A DNA stretch of 60,535 nt, filler included, from Sanchytrium tribonematis (lineage: Eukaryota): the NCBI GenBank assembly GCA_018985235.1. It is 8 parts of 8 records of this genome, joined end to end, with 100 filler letters (N's around TTAATTAATTAA, not from the genome) between each part and the next. Parts side by side here need not be neighbours in the genome. Positions count along the whole stretch, not along the records: positions 40,827 to 45,684 come from JADGIG010000668.1; positions 45,785 to 50,638 come from JADGIG010000669.1; positions 50,739 to 55,591 come from JADGIG010000670.1; 5 more parts are not named here. One strand, written 5' to 3'. Of this stretch, positions 41,387 through 52,552 are shown piece after piece; positions within the stretch are counted from its first letter, which is position 1; every line of letters begins with the position of its first letter. The position numbers and the translations under genes are program-made. The notes beneath the pieces are model-generated. The model was given only the letters and a program-made list of their open reading frames with translations. It was not told the DNA's origin and searched no databases.

Positions 41387-42749
41387 ACAAAAACCATTCA
41401 TTGCATTATTTATTAACTACTATTGAGTTTGATTAATAAATACGATTTATTTAATTTTTAAAACGATCTTTCTTCCCCTTTCGGTTTTATGCAAGTTGGA
41501 GGGATGTCAACAACAATATGGGAAGTGATTTGACCCATAGTTGATGTTGATTCTTGATTGGTTCCCCCTTGTTTTAGAGTCGAAATATTATTGGGTCTCA
41601 GATCCTTTGTAATACTTGAGATTACATAAATAGAAGCAGATCCCCAGAAAACAACGAAGACAGATTATGAATAAACAATTTATTATCTCTCCCTCAAACA
41701 CAAATAACTCATCCCCTCTGGGTGATGATGTTAACATGTTTGTAAACTCATTTCGCAAACACCCTATTATGTTCCATCCAGCAAAGAATTGAATGACCTT
41801 GCATCAGAGAAAAAGAAGGTCACTAAATATGTCGAATTCCGAACGTCTTAAGTTGAACGGGGTTTGGGTGGCGTTGCATTACTTTTTGATGAACAAAGAC
41901 GTTAAATTGCGGATGAAGATTGAGCTCCAAACGAGCTACGCCAGTTTGAAAATGAGTTGGAAAATATGAAATATGAGTTTTATAAAATCTGAGGAGAGTA
42001 AACAAGTAATTTATGTGGAAAAGTGTGATTAACTATACTTTACTGAGGGGGCAAAGTAAAGTTGCGTTGTTTTTGGGAAATTTCAAATGAGTTTACAATT
42101 TATTTTTGGCAAATGTTGGTCATACAAAAGCTGCTTGCGACTTTATTAAAACGTTGAGATTGGAAAACAAAGATTAAAAAAAAATTGCGATAAAATGAAA
42201 CTTTGATTTATTTATGTTAAATCTTTACAATCTTCGGCTTTCAATTTATGTTTATCTGATGACAATTCCAAATCATCGTCATCCAAGATTTCACTTTCTT
42301 TGTTCATTTCGGGTGGATGTTTGCAAATTTACGGAATTTGCAGTTTTTTCTAGGCCATCGTTTAAAACATATTTTGTTTGATAAAATTGTCTATTCACTA
42401 CCACACATGATCCTATTTTCGTATTTTTTTGAAACGATATGTGCGTCCTTCCCATAATCTTATGTTGAAACCGAGATATGATTCTTTCTACCAATGTAAT
42501 TGTTACTTGCAATGCTTAGTTCAGTTACATTTATCCGAATTTACATAATTTGAAAAATATGGCTCAGTATTCCATGAAAATGCATTCAATGCTATTTTAA
42601 ATTGTGTCTTTTGAAGTGAACTGCTTGTAGCAGAGCTAATTATGGTAGGAGATATAGCGTTCATGAAATGATGAAAATTTAAAGATTTCATGCATTTAAT
42701 TGATGAGTAGTATCCTGACAGATCCATACAAATTCCTGATTGTGCGACG

Positions 42750-44391
42750 TTTTTTTACTGATGTCGAGCTGCCCAAAGGGCTGCTCAATTTATTTATTAA
42801 AGTAGTTTTGAAAGATCTTGTTTTTCCATGAATCAATTATTTTTTGATACTTGGGGTCCAGGTGCCTCGCATTAATCAGTGCAGAGAAAAGTCCTTTGGA
42901 TTGTTGCATCAAAGGTCTCCTGCGCATATTTGTTATCATACACATTCAGCATTATTGGAACATGATTTTCGAGTATTGGAGAGCTGCAAAGCAAGTCGGC
43001 AAAGTTGTTACCACACGAAGTCGAGTGTCCCTTGACCCATTAGACATCTTTAGATGCTCATAATTAAGGCAGCAGTGGTGCCTTCATTAAAGTTGCGATG
43101 ATTGGAGAATTTGCAATGTGAGCTGCACCATCTTGAATAAAAGTCATTGAAATTCATGATAGAATGCAAGTCAGGAATAGATGTCATTCTAGACAAAGAA
43201 AATCGGATTAAGACGCGGGGTCCTCCTTAATAACAAGGAAATAGTGAATTGGAAAGGCTGGGGAGGATAAAGCAGAGTTCATCCTACTGTAGGTTTACAG
43301 ATACAACGCCGGGGGTGGGCTTCGCCATCCACCCCAACTTGAAAAAATAAATAATAATAATAATGTGAGGTTGCCGACGGATGACTTAACAAACCTGTCT
43401 ATTTCCAGAGACGTGAGGGGAAGTCACCCCACCCTGTATTATCCTACGGTTAGACGGGACAGCATCGGACGTTGCTGTGCCAAGTCGAATTCTGAAGTTA
43501 TGGCACTTGGAGAGAGACCATAGAAGAAAAAAATATCAATATCTAGGGCTTCTATCATTTCTAAAATGGCTTTTCTGCTTAAATTATCAAAAGATGATTT
43601 TATATCAAACTTTTGCACTCTGTACGAGATACCACAGTCTTTGAGATGCTGTATATAGTTGTTAACTGAATAAACACAGTCAGATATGGAAGAATTGGAC
43701 TTATAGGCAAATTGATTTGGGGAGCTGGTCAGATGACTTTTTACATGTAGCATCAAGAGATGCTCTATAATCTTACGGATTGTGGAAGATAATGTTATGG
43801 GGCGATATTCGAATATACCTAGACCAATTCCTCGTTTAAAAATAGGAATAATATCAGAGGAGAGGAGAATTTCAGGCAGATATCCTGAAATCAGACAGGA
43901 ATTAATGAACAGACGTAGAATCTCTTCCATCTCGTCTGTACAATTCTCGAGCATGAATTCATCTATATTATCAGGTCCAGGGCATTTAGAATTGGGGATT
44001 TTCTTAATGCATTTTTCAAGGTGCCTCATTTTAAATCGGAGAACACTAGTTCCATTATTAAAAGCCTCGCTTGTTAATTGGAATTTTAATCCGTCATCCC
44101 ATTTAGATCGCAGATCAAAAATATAATCATTGATTTTGCCAGGATCAAGCATGGATTCTCTGGTAAAATGTCGTTTCTTTTTATATTTTACCCACTTTAA
44201 ATACGCAGTGAAATACTTCTCATGAGCCAAATTGTTGAGCTTTTGTGACTTTTTGAGATTATATTTCCTACAATTTCTCTTGTTTCTTTATCGTATCGTT
44301 CTAGAAATAGACTACCCAAATTGTATTCATCAGAAACAACTTCAGGAGGCATCGCTATTGATTTGCCATACGCTTTTTCAGCGGAGTCAAT
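42750..44391 (-). mobile_element. Degraded copy of LINE family A with internal deletions
   Basis: IDSAEKAYGK, ESMLDPGKINDYI.DLRSKW, GPDNID, NQFAY, FDIKSSFD, IIQGGVTSP (after a frameshift) and RNase H WVKGH..GNNFADLLC all match 5005-8367. Same 3' hairpin and A7 tail. Confidence 0.85.
43141..43364 (+). mobile_element. Probable 3' end of a different retroelement with a (TAA)n tail, inserted antisense in the LINE A remnant
   Basis: Short ORF end ...KTRGPP*, hairpins CTGTA/TACAG and GGGGTGG/CCACCCC, then a TAA-repeat tail at 43348-43364. Left boundary approximate. Confidence 0.5.
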
Positions 44392-45684
44392 AAGAAGAAG
44401 AAGAAGAAGCAAATTTATTAACAAAACAATGCCATGGTTCTGCTTTCAATTTAGCAATAAACTATACTTCTTCAATATATACATATATACAATCAATTTC
44501 TTTTAAATTCTATCAAATACTTTGTGTAAATACACCTTATCAGGACAAAAATTTTGTCTTTGCAGATGTAATCCTTTTACAAATCTCATGTGACCATAAA
44601 TTCCATTTATATCGGATGTGAATTGATCACGATGAAGACCACTTAATGTTGGAAATACATCATTGATGAATTGTGGTGTTTGAATAAATGTTTGGTGAAA
44701 TTGATACAGTTTCTCATTCAACATAGGTGACAATCTAGGTATTTGACGTGCAAAGGGATAACCACAAAATGCATACCAATTGGCCAAATCTTGTAAAATA
44801 TAACCAGTTGGAAATTCATTTGTATGTTTTAATAATAAATCACGAATATCAGGTATATTTAAATGATACTCAAATACATGTCTAAAATTGAGATGATGTT
44901 GAATGCCATATTGATTTTCACAAAATCGGCAATAAGAGGGTGGATAGATATTTAAAATGATTTTAGATAATGTTTTTTGATAAAATCGATCTAAATGTCC
45001 AATCCAATATGGTTTCATTTCTGATTCATTTGATTCACTATCTAAATCAATAGACTTCAGAAAGGATGCTAGCAAATTACGATGATGATTGTTATTCAAT
45101 GACTCACTAAAGAAATCTTGCATTTTATGGATAATGTTGGCTCTAGAATTGTGATAACGATTGATAAATGGTTCACAACATAGCAAGTTCAATGCTTTTG
45201 AAAATGATATCCATTTCTTTGTGTGAAAATAGAACTGTAAATGCGTGTAAATCTTTTTGCAAATTAATTTGAAACTAGTTTTGTTTAATAGGCATAAATA
45301 ATATTGAAGGGTAGATCTCATAAATGTTTTGAAATAAATGGCGGCATTATATAACGAATATCCATAATTAGAGAAACCAAATCGTTTTGCTGAATTAAAA
45401 TGAATATTGATTTTGCTAGTTACCAAATCAACCAATTTATCTTGTGATATACCTTTAGATGTGAATTCAATGCCAAGATATTTGTAAGAATCTATAAAAG
45501 GAATTAATTCACCTCTAATTTTTAAGTTAGATCCATTAAAAGTGCCACATTTGTGAATATCTACTTCCATACAATTATGATTTAAAAATAAACTAAATTC
45601 TCTTAATATGCGTCTCATTTGTTTAACTGTAGAACAAATGAATACCAAATCATCCGCATAAGCAATCAAACTATAGGGATAAAA
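44392..45684 (-). mobile_element. Non-LTR retrotransposon family B, 3' half (RT C-terminus, Cys/His motif, (CTT)6 tail)
   Basis: ORF 44503-45669 with AYADD, YKYLG and CRFC...HH. 3' UTR with AATAAA, then (CTT)6 at 44392-44409. Confidence 0.85.
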
Positions 45685-45784
45685 NNNNNNNNNNNNNNNN
45701 NNNNNNNNNNNNNNNNNNNNNNNNNNNNTTAATTAATTAANNNNNNNNNNNNNNNNNNNNNNNNNNNNNNNNNNNNNNNNNNNN
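45685..45784. other. Artificial contig linker
   Basis: N44-TTAATTAATTAA-N44. Confidence 0.98.
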
Positions 45785-46099
45785 CTGGGAGACTCTTTTA
45801 AGTATTTTCCTTTAAAATGTGGATCATTTGTTGAAATTGAGCACACAAGTATCATAAAAGCGGCTTCAATTGGCAATTATGTAAAAATTGGCCACAATTG
45901 TATCGTGGACAACTCGGTTTTCATAAAAGACTGTTGCATCATAGAGGCCAATTCTGTAATTCCAGCTAACATGGTAATACCGCCATACTCCTTAGTATCA
46001 GGAAATCCTGCGCGCATTACTGGAAATGTCAACCCAAATTTTGCTAGTGAGTTTGAAATTTTTATGAAAACCAAATTTGCTTATTTTAGAAGCTCATAA
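45785..46099 (+). CDS. DCTN5: Dynactin subunit 5 (p25), C-terminal part
   Basis: YFPLKCGSFVEI...AASIGNYVKIGHNCI...IKDCC.I...V.PP.S..SG.P left-handed beta-helix. Frame open from the contig start. Confidence 0.85.
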   Translation: MGDSFKYFPLKCGSFVEIEHTSIIKAASIGNYVKIGHNCIVDNSVFIKDCCIIEANSVIPANMVIPPYSLVSGNPARITGNVNPNFASEFEIFMKTKFAYFRSS

Positions 46100-46117
46100 G
46101 GAGACTTTTGAAACGGA

Positions 46118-46579
46118 ATGCTTCAGGTTGAGGAATATTATATAATAACTGCCTTTAATGAACTAGCTAAAAAGAGAGCAGAGTACATCACTAAAATCCG
46201 AGGAATATCAGCGATGTTGAAGCCAAGAAGTTATCAAATTCATGATATTATTGATAATAATGGGGAAAAGGTGGTTTTGAGAATGCCTGTAGCAGTCATA
46301 CCTGATCTGAAGCTAACTGAGGGTGCATATCTTGAAAGCTTGGCTGTAGTGCAGTATTGGTTAAAAAGGTTGAGCCTTCGAGAAGTTCTTGTAAGTTATA
46401 AAGAATTTAAGCCCTTTTCCGAGGACACTCCAGCTTGGGAAAATTTGGCTGTTAACAAAATGATAGCGAGATTAAAATTGCACTTTTCTGAATACCCATT
46501 AGACTGTTTTGCAACAAGTCCTAAAGACATGAAAGAAAGTTTGATTTCGAAGTTTAATGAAATCGGAAAACAAATATGA
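46118..46579 (+). CDS. Hypothetical protein
   Basis: 153-aa ATG ORF packed between DCTN5 and DCAF7. Confidence 0.55.
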   Translation: MLQVEEYYIITAFNELAKKRAEYITKIRGISAMLKPRSYQIHDIIDNNGEKVVLRMPVAVIPDLKLTEGAYLESLAVVQYWLKRLSLREVLVSYKEFKPFSEDTPAWENLAVNKMIARLKLHFSEYPLDCFATSPKDMKESLISKFNEIGKQI

Positions 46580-46666
46580 CAGCCTATTTTTACAAAATTT
46601 AAGAAAGGCCATTGGATTTTGAATAAATTTTCCAGAAAAATAACACTCTGAATTTGAAACACTAAA

Positions 46667-47647
46667 ATGTTTGGTTCCTCATTTTTCAATGCAAAGCAGC
46701 CGATGTACGGCATTGATTTTTCGAGGAAATCTTCTAAAATTGCTGCAGCGACTTCCAATGCCTCTACGGAAAATGAAATACTGATATTAGATCCAAATAT
46801 AGATCACTGGATTGAACATTTCAGAATACCCATAAAATACCCAGTTACCAATTTGATTTGGTCTCCGTTTCTGGGAAATGGTGTTCCTGATCTTTTTGCA
46901 ACAACTTCGAATGGATTAAACATATACTCAGGCGACCATGGCCTTCATCGAGCAAATTTTGGCAGTGATGTTCCACTAACTTCTATGGATTGGAATACTG
47001 TGGATCCAACTTTAATTGTCACTTCTTCTATCAATACAACTTGTACAGTGTGGGATCTTAGTGTCGAAAAAGCCAAAACTCAATTGATTGCTCATGATAA
47101 GGAAGTACTAGATGTCAGTTTTTGTCAAGCAAACAAGGATATTTTTGCAAGCTGCGGTGCAGACGGAAGTATCAGAATGTTTGATATGCGTAGCTTAACC
47201 ATTATTTATGAAGTGCCAAATGAAATACCCTTACTTAGAGTCGACTGGAATCCAATCGACAGCAATTATATTTTAACGGTTCCAGAGACAAACAATGAAA
47301 TACTAATTATAGATGTAAGGTATCCATCCGTCCCAGTATCTCAGATAAGATACCACAGCGATTATGTCAATGATGCCCAATGGTGTAAATCCAGCGGAAA
47401 AATTTTGAGTTGTTCTGATGACAAGCAGGTTTTAGTCTGTGATTTGATGTCAGATCCAGGATATACACAATTTATAAAAAATCAAGGCGTCGTGCAAAAC
47501 TTCCCGACTTCACCTTCAAAAGAAAACCCTATGCATAGAATAGAATGTGATGGTCCAGTCTCGAATGTTTGCTGGTCGCATAACGACCAAGACACCATTG
47601 CGTACATTGTTAACGATCAAATATACAAAGCAAATTTTGAATTGTGA
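46667..47647 (+). CDS. DCAF7: WD40 protein DCAF7/WDR68 (AN11/TTG1 family)
   Basis: PLTSMDWN, TSSINTTCTVWD, KTQLIAHDKEV.D, ASCGADGSIRMFD.RSL, TIIYE, PLLR..WN. Confidence 0.9.
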   Translation: MFGSSFFNAKQPMYGIDFSRKSSKIAAATSNASTENEILILDPNIDHWIEHFRIPIKYPVTNLIWSPFLGNGVPDLFATTSNGLNIYSGDHGLHRANFGSDVPLTSMDWNTVDPTLIVTSSINTTCTVWDLSVEKAKTQLIAHDKEVLDVSFCQANKDIFASCGADGSIRMFDMRSLTIIYEVPNEIPLLRVDWNPIDSNYILTVPETNNEILIIDVRYPSVPVSQIRYHSDYVNDAQWCKSSGKILSCSDDKQVLVCDLMSDPGYTQFIKNQGVVQNFPTSPSKENPMHRIECDGPVSNVCWSHNDQDTIAYIVNDQIYKANFEL

Positions 47648-47649
47648 TT

Positions 47650-48690
47650 TTATTTGGTTTTGATCATGAGAAAATCTTCTAATTCCTTAAATTGGTTTTG
47701 ACCTTGATCATCAGTAAAATTGTACAGTGGAACTGCTGCCATGATTATGTCGTTCTTCCACTTTTTGTATGCTACTCCGCATCGCGATTTTAACGTTATC
47801 TTTGAACTTCGTAAATTCATCTTGTCTTTTTTCGAAACCCTATTTCTGTTGACCTTTCCTTTTTTATTCAATTCGAGTTTTAGTAAATTGGCTTCTAGCA
47901 CATTCGAATGCGGTAAAATTGACTTATTGGAGTCTTTGCACTTTAAATTCAAAGGGCTGCTAGCTTTGATCTCGCTATCACTCGAACTCAAGAGTGACAC
48001 AAAATTTTTGCTTTCACAATTTGCATCTGCGATAATTTCTATTTGCTCAGAAGTAGGCGCACTAGTAGGATTTGAGTTGAGAAATTCTGACTTCATAGAA
48101 AAGATTGATTTATCAAATAAATCATTGTTCAATTCTCTCTTTTGCGATACATTCGTAATGTCCTTTATAGGTTTACATATTTTTGAAAAATGTAAGTCAT
48201 TTTCCATCTCTACGACGATTTCGCTAATTTTATCAGACTTGAATAACGTTGAACTGGATTCCAATTTCTTCTTTTGAAGGCTAGAATTTAATTTTTGCGC
48301 CAACAATAGAGACTTTTTCCTTTTGCCAACGGGAGCTACTGAAAATGGATTTGCCATTTTATTAATTTTAGTTGACACCACAGGCGGCTTTTTGATATTT
48401 AGCTTCTCCTTCTCTTGTACATCTCTGAGTTCTTGGTTTTTTATTAAAATGGCCTTAGTTTCCCTGGCCTTTTCTTTTAAGGCACTAAAATTCGCGGAAG
48501 AATTTTCAATTCCTTCCTCCATAATAGGATCCAATTTGACTGAATGATCAAATTTATACCTTGGAGGTGGATGTGGTAATTGTCTAACACCCATCTTTCC
48601 TCTTTTGCTAAATGTCTTGAGCACCCTTCCCTTTCCAGACTTTAATTTTGTGTAATTAAGTGGATTGTCAATTTTAAATCTTGTTTTCAT
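47650..48690 (-). CDS. Hypothetical Lys/Ser-rich protein
   Basis: 346-aa ORF, basic and low-complexity. Confidence 0.65.
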   Translation of the reverse strand: MKTRFKIDNPLNYTKLKSGKGRVLKTFSKRGKMGVRQLPHPPPRYKFDHSVKLDPIMEEGIENSSANFSALKEKARETKAILIKNQELRDVQEKEKLNIKKPPVVSTKINKMANPFSVAPVGKRKKSLLLAQKLNSSLQKKKLESSSTLFKSDKISEIVVEMENDLHFSKICKPIKDITNVSQKRELNNDLFDKSIFSMKSEFLNSNPTSAPTSEQIEIIADANCESKNFVSLLSSSDSEIKASSPLNLKCKDSNKSILPHSNVLEANLLKLELNKKGKVNRNRVSKKDKMNLRSSKITLKSRCGVAYKKWKNDIIMAAVPLYNFTDDQGQNQFKELEDFLMIKTK

Positions 48691-48735
48691 TCGAGCACAG
48701 ACCTAAAACAAAACCTGCATGATCCTCGACTGAAT

Positions 48736-49542
48736 TTATTGAACGGGAATTGTAACTATTTTGCCCTCTTCTGTACCAATGACTAATTCATTATTAAAAT
48801 TTGCAAGTCGATATATCGACCCACCTATTTCGGTAATTTTCGTTCTTTTCTTTTTTACAACATCCCAAAATGCAACATTTCCGTCTGCGCCTCCTGTTAC
48901 CAATTGGTCACTTATGCTAGCTAAAGCATGTACTGGGTAAATATATTCTTGATCGGCCACTTTTTTACGATGACATTTGAAAGCAAATGTCTCGGAACAC
49001 TGGACTCTACCCTCAATGCTAGAGTATGCCAAGTCACTTGCATGGTAGATCATGTCCCTTATCATAAACTTTAAACCAGATATACCAGTGCTTACCGGCT
49101 TATCAAAGTGTCGCAAATCAAAAGTTAATTTAGTTTTGTCCATCAATGCTACATGCAATAGGTGGTCTTTCACAGCCATTCTTAAAGGAGCTGATTCAAG
49201 GTCTATTATTTGGTTGTAGTTTAGGTGTATTTTGCGGTCCAAGCCCATTGTAATCAGACCATAAGGAGTGTGCTTCATTTGAGTGACTAAATACTCATGT
49301 TCATCGATCTTGTTCTGATTTTTAGTTTCTAAATCATACTCAAATACTTTGTGCTCGGTTGTTGTAAAATATAATTTTTCTTTTGTTAAAACTCCACTTG
49401 AGATTCCACAATCTAACATTGTAGGATCAACTGCATCGGCATCTTTTTTTATAATAAGACTCGATGACAATCCTCCCACAAATATTAGGTTTTCATTAGC
49501 GGATATATCACTTAAATAATCGACTTGGCCAATTTTAAACAT
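48736..49542 (-). CDS. BUB3: Spindle checkpoint WD40 protein Bub3
   Basis: SSIEGRV, FAFKCHR, IYPV.AL, TGG.DG.V.FWD...KKR. Closer to Bub3 than to Rae1. Confidence 0.8.
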   Translation of the reverse strand: MFKIGQVDYLSDISANENLIFVGGLSSSLIIKKDADAVDPTMLDCGISSGVLTKEKLYFTTTEHKVFEYDLETKNQNKIDEHEYLVTQMKHTPYGLITMGLDRKIHLNYNQIIDLESAPLRMAVKDHLLHVALMDKTKLTFDLRHFDKPVSTGISGLKFMIRDMIYHASDLAYSSIEGRVQCSETFAFKCHRKKVADQEYIYPVHALASISDQLVTGGADGNVAFWDVVKKKRTKITEIGGSIYRLANFNNELVIGTEEGKIVTIPVQ

Positions 49543-49566
49543 TTGACAGTAAAGTTTTAAGGAGAT

Positions 49567-50638
49567 TTATTTCTTTCTTACAGTTGACCAATCTTCTTCC
49601 TTATTCTCATCTTTGGAACTGGCTCCAGTACTGAATTGATTTGAAGTAAAGCCTGCGTTGGTTTTGTTAAACGATGGACGTCCAATTCCTAATGATGGTG
49701 AAGACCTAACACCAAAAGTTGTATTTTCCCTTAAATGCGCTGGAACATATTTGCTACCAGATGGATTTCCACTAGTTTGATTTGTTCTGCTAGTGGGGGG
49801 AACATAATTGGCAGAACTCTTGATAGCTGGAGGGACATATTTGCTGCTGGAAGATTGAACAGGTCTACTGGTAGGAGGAACATATTTTGCAGACGCCGAA
49901 ATAGCTGGGGGGACATATTTGTTGACTGTAGGAGCTTCTCTGACAGGTTGAGGAGATTGACTTCTTTGTCTCTCGGAACGACCACCTCTACGCCAGTTAT
50001 TGTCATTATCAGCAGGTTCAATTTGTGGATTTTCCATCGGTCTACCTCTGATATCAGAATTACCTCGCTCATATTCTTTTTGCTTCAGTTCTTCAATTTC
50101 TTGTTTCGCTTTTTTGATATTACTCTTGATTTCAGAAAGTTTCTTGAGACTGGACTCACTCTGATTCTTTTTGAAAGCATCCAATTCGATCTTATCTTTC
50201 TCGATTTTTTCCTTTTCTAATTCACTTCTTTTAAAGTTTATAGAAACTTTATGTTTTACCAAGACCTCATGAATTTTTTTCGATTTTGATTCTTTGAAGC
50301 TTTTCGCAGACTCTCGCTCTTCAGAAATAGATTTGGATTTTGATGCAAGATCCTGCTGAATTCGATCAGAATATTTTTTCACATAGTTTTCATTTTCCAG
50401 CTGCAATGCACGCTCGATGTAATCCACGTCTCTGGAAAATTTGTGAACATACGCTGCCTGCTCGTCAGCAAGCTTCTTAGTTTCAAAGTTCTTGATAAGT
50501 GTGACAAATTCTTTGCTTAAATTTTTAATAGCAGTGGAGCCTTTATAAGTTTTGTTTTCTAAAACAATCTGAGAGACGGTGATTCCACTTGTTTCCAATT
50601 GATTAAGCATGTTATGCTTCTGCTCCTCTGACAACCTT
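49567..50638 (-). CDS. TIF32: Translation initiation factor eIF3a, C-terminal part
   Basis: DYIERA.QLE segment, charged coiled coil, NWRR and repeated KYVPP motifs, end W.TVRKK. Confidence 0.7.
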
Positions 50639-50738
50639 NNNNNNNNNNNNNNNNNNNNNNNNNNNNNNNNNNNNNNNNNNNNTTAATTAATTAANNNNNN
50701 NNNNNNNNNNNNNNNNNNNNNNNNNNNNNNNNNNNNNN
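50639..50738. other. Artificial contig linker
   Basis: N44-TTAATTAATTAA-N44. Confidence 0.98.
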
Positions 50739-51101
50739 TTATCCAATCATCTTCTACAATTGTCCATAAAATAAAAAAAAATCCTCTCCTTCGAACGCGT
50801 AAAAAACTCATTGACTATCACGTCGAGATTTTACCATTATCTATTGACGAAAACGTCGAAGATAATGGTTTTTTAAATACACAGTTACATTATCACAGTC
50901 ACCAGAAATCAACATCAAATCTGTCAAATCATCTCTAAGCTATGGTGCTCTAAATACGCCATCTCTACGACTATCAATAACATCACAGTACATATTGGCA
51001 GCCTAATTTATCAAAATAACAAATGGAAATGAATAAATAATTTATTTGAGGTTTAAACTTACATTTATTTTTCTAGCCCCGCAGAAGTTCAATTGAAAGC
51101 T

Positions 51102-51137
51102 GCGGCGAAGCCGCTTCAACTTGAAAGGCGTAGCCTT
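51102..51137 (+). other. Tandem GNA-triloop mini-hairpins
   Basis: GCGGC-GAA-GCCGC (51102-51114) and AAGGC-GTA-GCCTT (51125-51137). Confidence 0.7.
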
Positions 51138-52552
51138 CTTATTTTACGGATATTGACTTCCATGGGAAATGGACTTTTACGAAACTAGTTATCAAAAACG
51201 TTATGTCGTAGCTGTAAGGGCTCGAACGGCAATCCTACTAAACAATTACTATTCTCATAGAATGCTCCTTCAGCTTCCACTGATCACCCTGACTCGGTGT
51301 CAGATGTCTTATCAATAGTAATTACTCTATTGCATTCATCAAATTCACTTACTTGACTTCTATCGCTATCATCGTATTCAATTAAGTCCATCCAAAAAAT
51401 CGTATTTATTTGGGGAAAAATTCCTTAAGTAGCTAATAAAAGCTTCTAGCGTCTTCTCGTAACTTCCATCTATCTTCTGATTGGCTAAAACGGGTCTCTG
51501 TTCCGGATTACAAGATGACTGTACCATACACAGTCAATGGGGGTAATTCTTCTGACATTTTCCGTGTTGGTCTGCTTTAGATGATTGTGAAAATTACCCA
51601 GTTTGGAAGCAGATACTACACGTTAACATAACAATTTGCATTTCCAACTTGTCTGCATTGCGTTCTGTAGACTTAAGCACACAAATTTGAATTCTTATTG
51701 AAATGAAGATTATAACGATTTCAAAAGTCATCTCTGTGAAATGGTCTGCTGGTTTTACGTAAGATAAAGTCTGTTCATCATCGAAGCAGGACTTTTCTCA
51801 ATTTTATTTGTGTTATTTTCGACTGTTTTTCGTGTTTATTTGATTTTTTGCCTGCCAAATCCTTTTTATTTAAGACATCTTTTTCCTGGTTTTCCTTAAA
51901 ATCTTTTACAACGTTCTCAGCTTTTTCAATTTTTTTCGCTTTTGGGGTCATCTCAATCTTAGCGTTATCTTGAATTTCTAGTACACCAATTTCTAAACAG
52001 TGGCCTTCTGCTTTTTGAAGATGGGTTTCTTCGCTACCATGTTGTTGTGAATAGTCTAAGATCGTTGACATAAGTTATATATTTGGGGAATGTCCCCTTT
52101 ATATGTACTTTTGTCCCTCTTCTTAAATTTCTTAAGTCTTTGTAATATATTCGGACCAATCAATAATCTCTCAAACTGCTTGATTGAACCCTCGTGACCC
52201 CTTGGGTCTACAGGGTCAAAACTGCTCCCTTGGGAGTACACTAAACAAGTACGATAGCTTATTCTTGATATATATAATTTGGTTTGAAAATCTGGGCAAG
52301 ATAAAATATTGAAGAAATTTAACAAAGTGTTAAATTTTAACCCAAATCAAAACGATTATATCTAACCTTTCTAATTATGAGCTTTATCCATTAGTAACAA
52401 CTGAAGCGGATAACTCAAAATACTTTTCTCCATTCTATGAGTTTAAACAAATCATTTCCAGATACTGAGATTTTAGTATAGCGAAGTGAATAGCAACAAA
52501 TGACCGAGGGACAAAAAAACTCCAAAAACACGTTTTACGTTTCAAACCAAAA

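Noticed and set aside
43365..43490. GC-rich structured stretch as a self-cleaving ribozyme
   Set aside because: The minus strand translates as RT sequence (FRIRLG...IIQGGVTSP; LEIDRFVK) homologous to LINE A.
15391..50220. Many 60-190 aa ORFs antisense or out of frame to recognised genes (e.g. 15684-16250, 24978-25511, 47720-48277, 49735-50220)
   Set aside because: They are shadows of the real CDS, mostly with non-ATG starts and no motifs.
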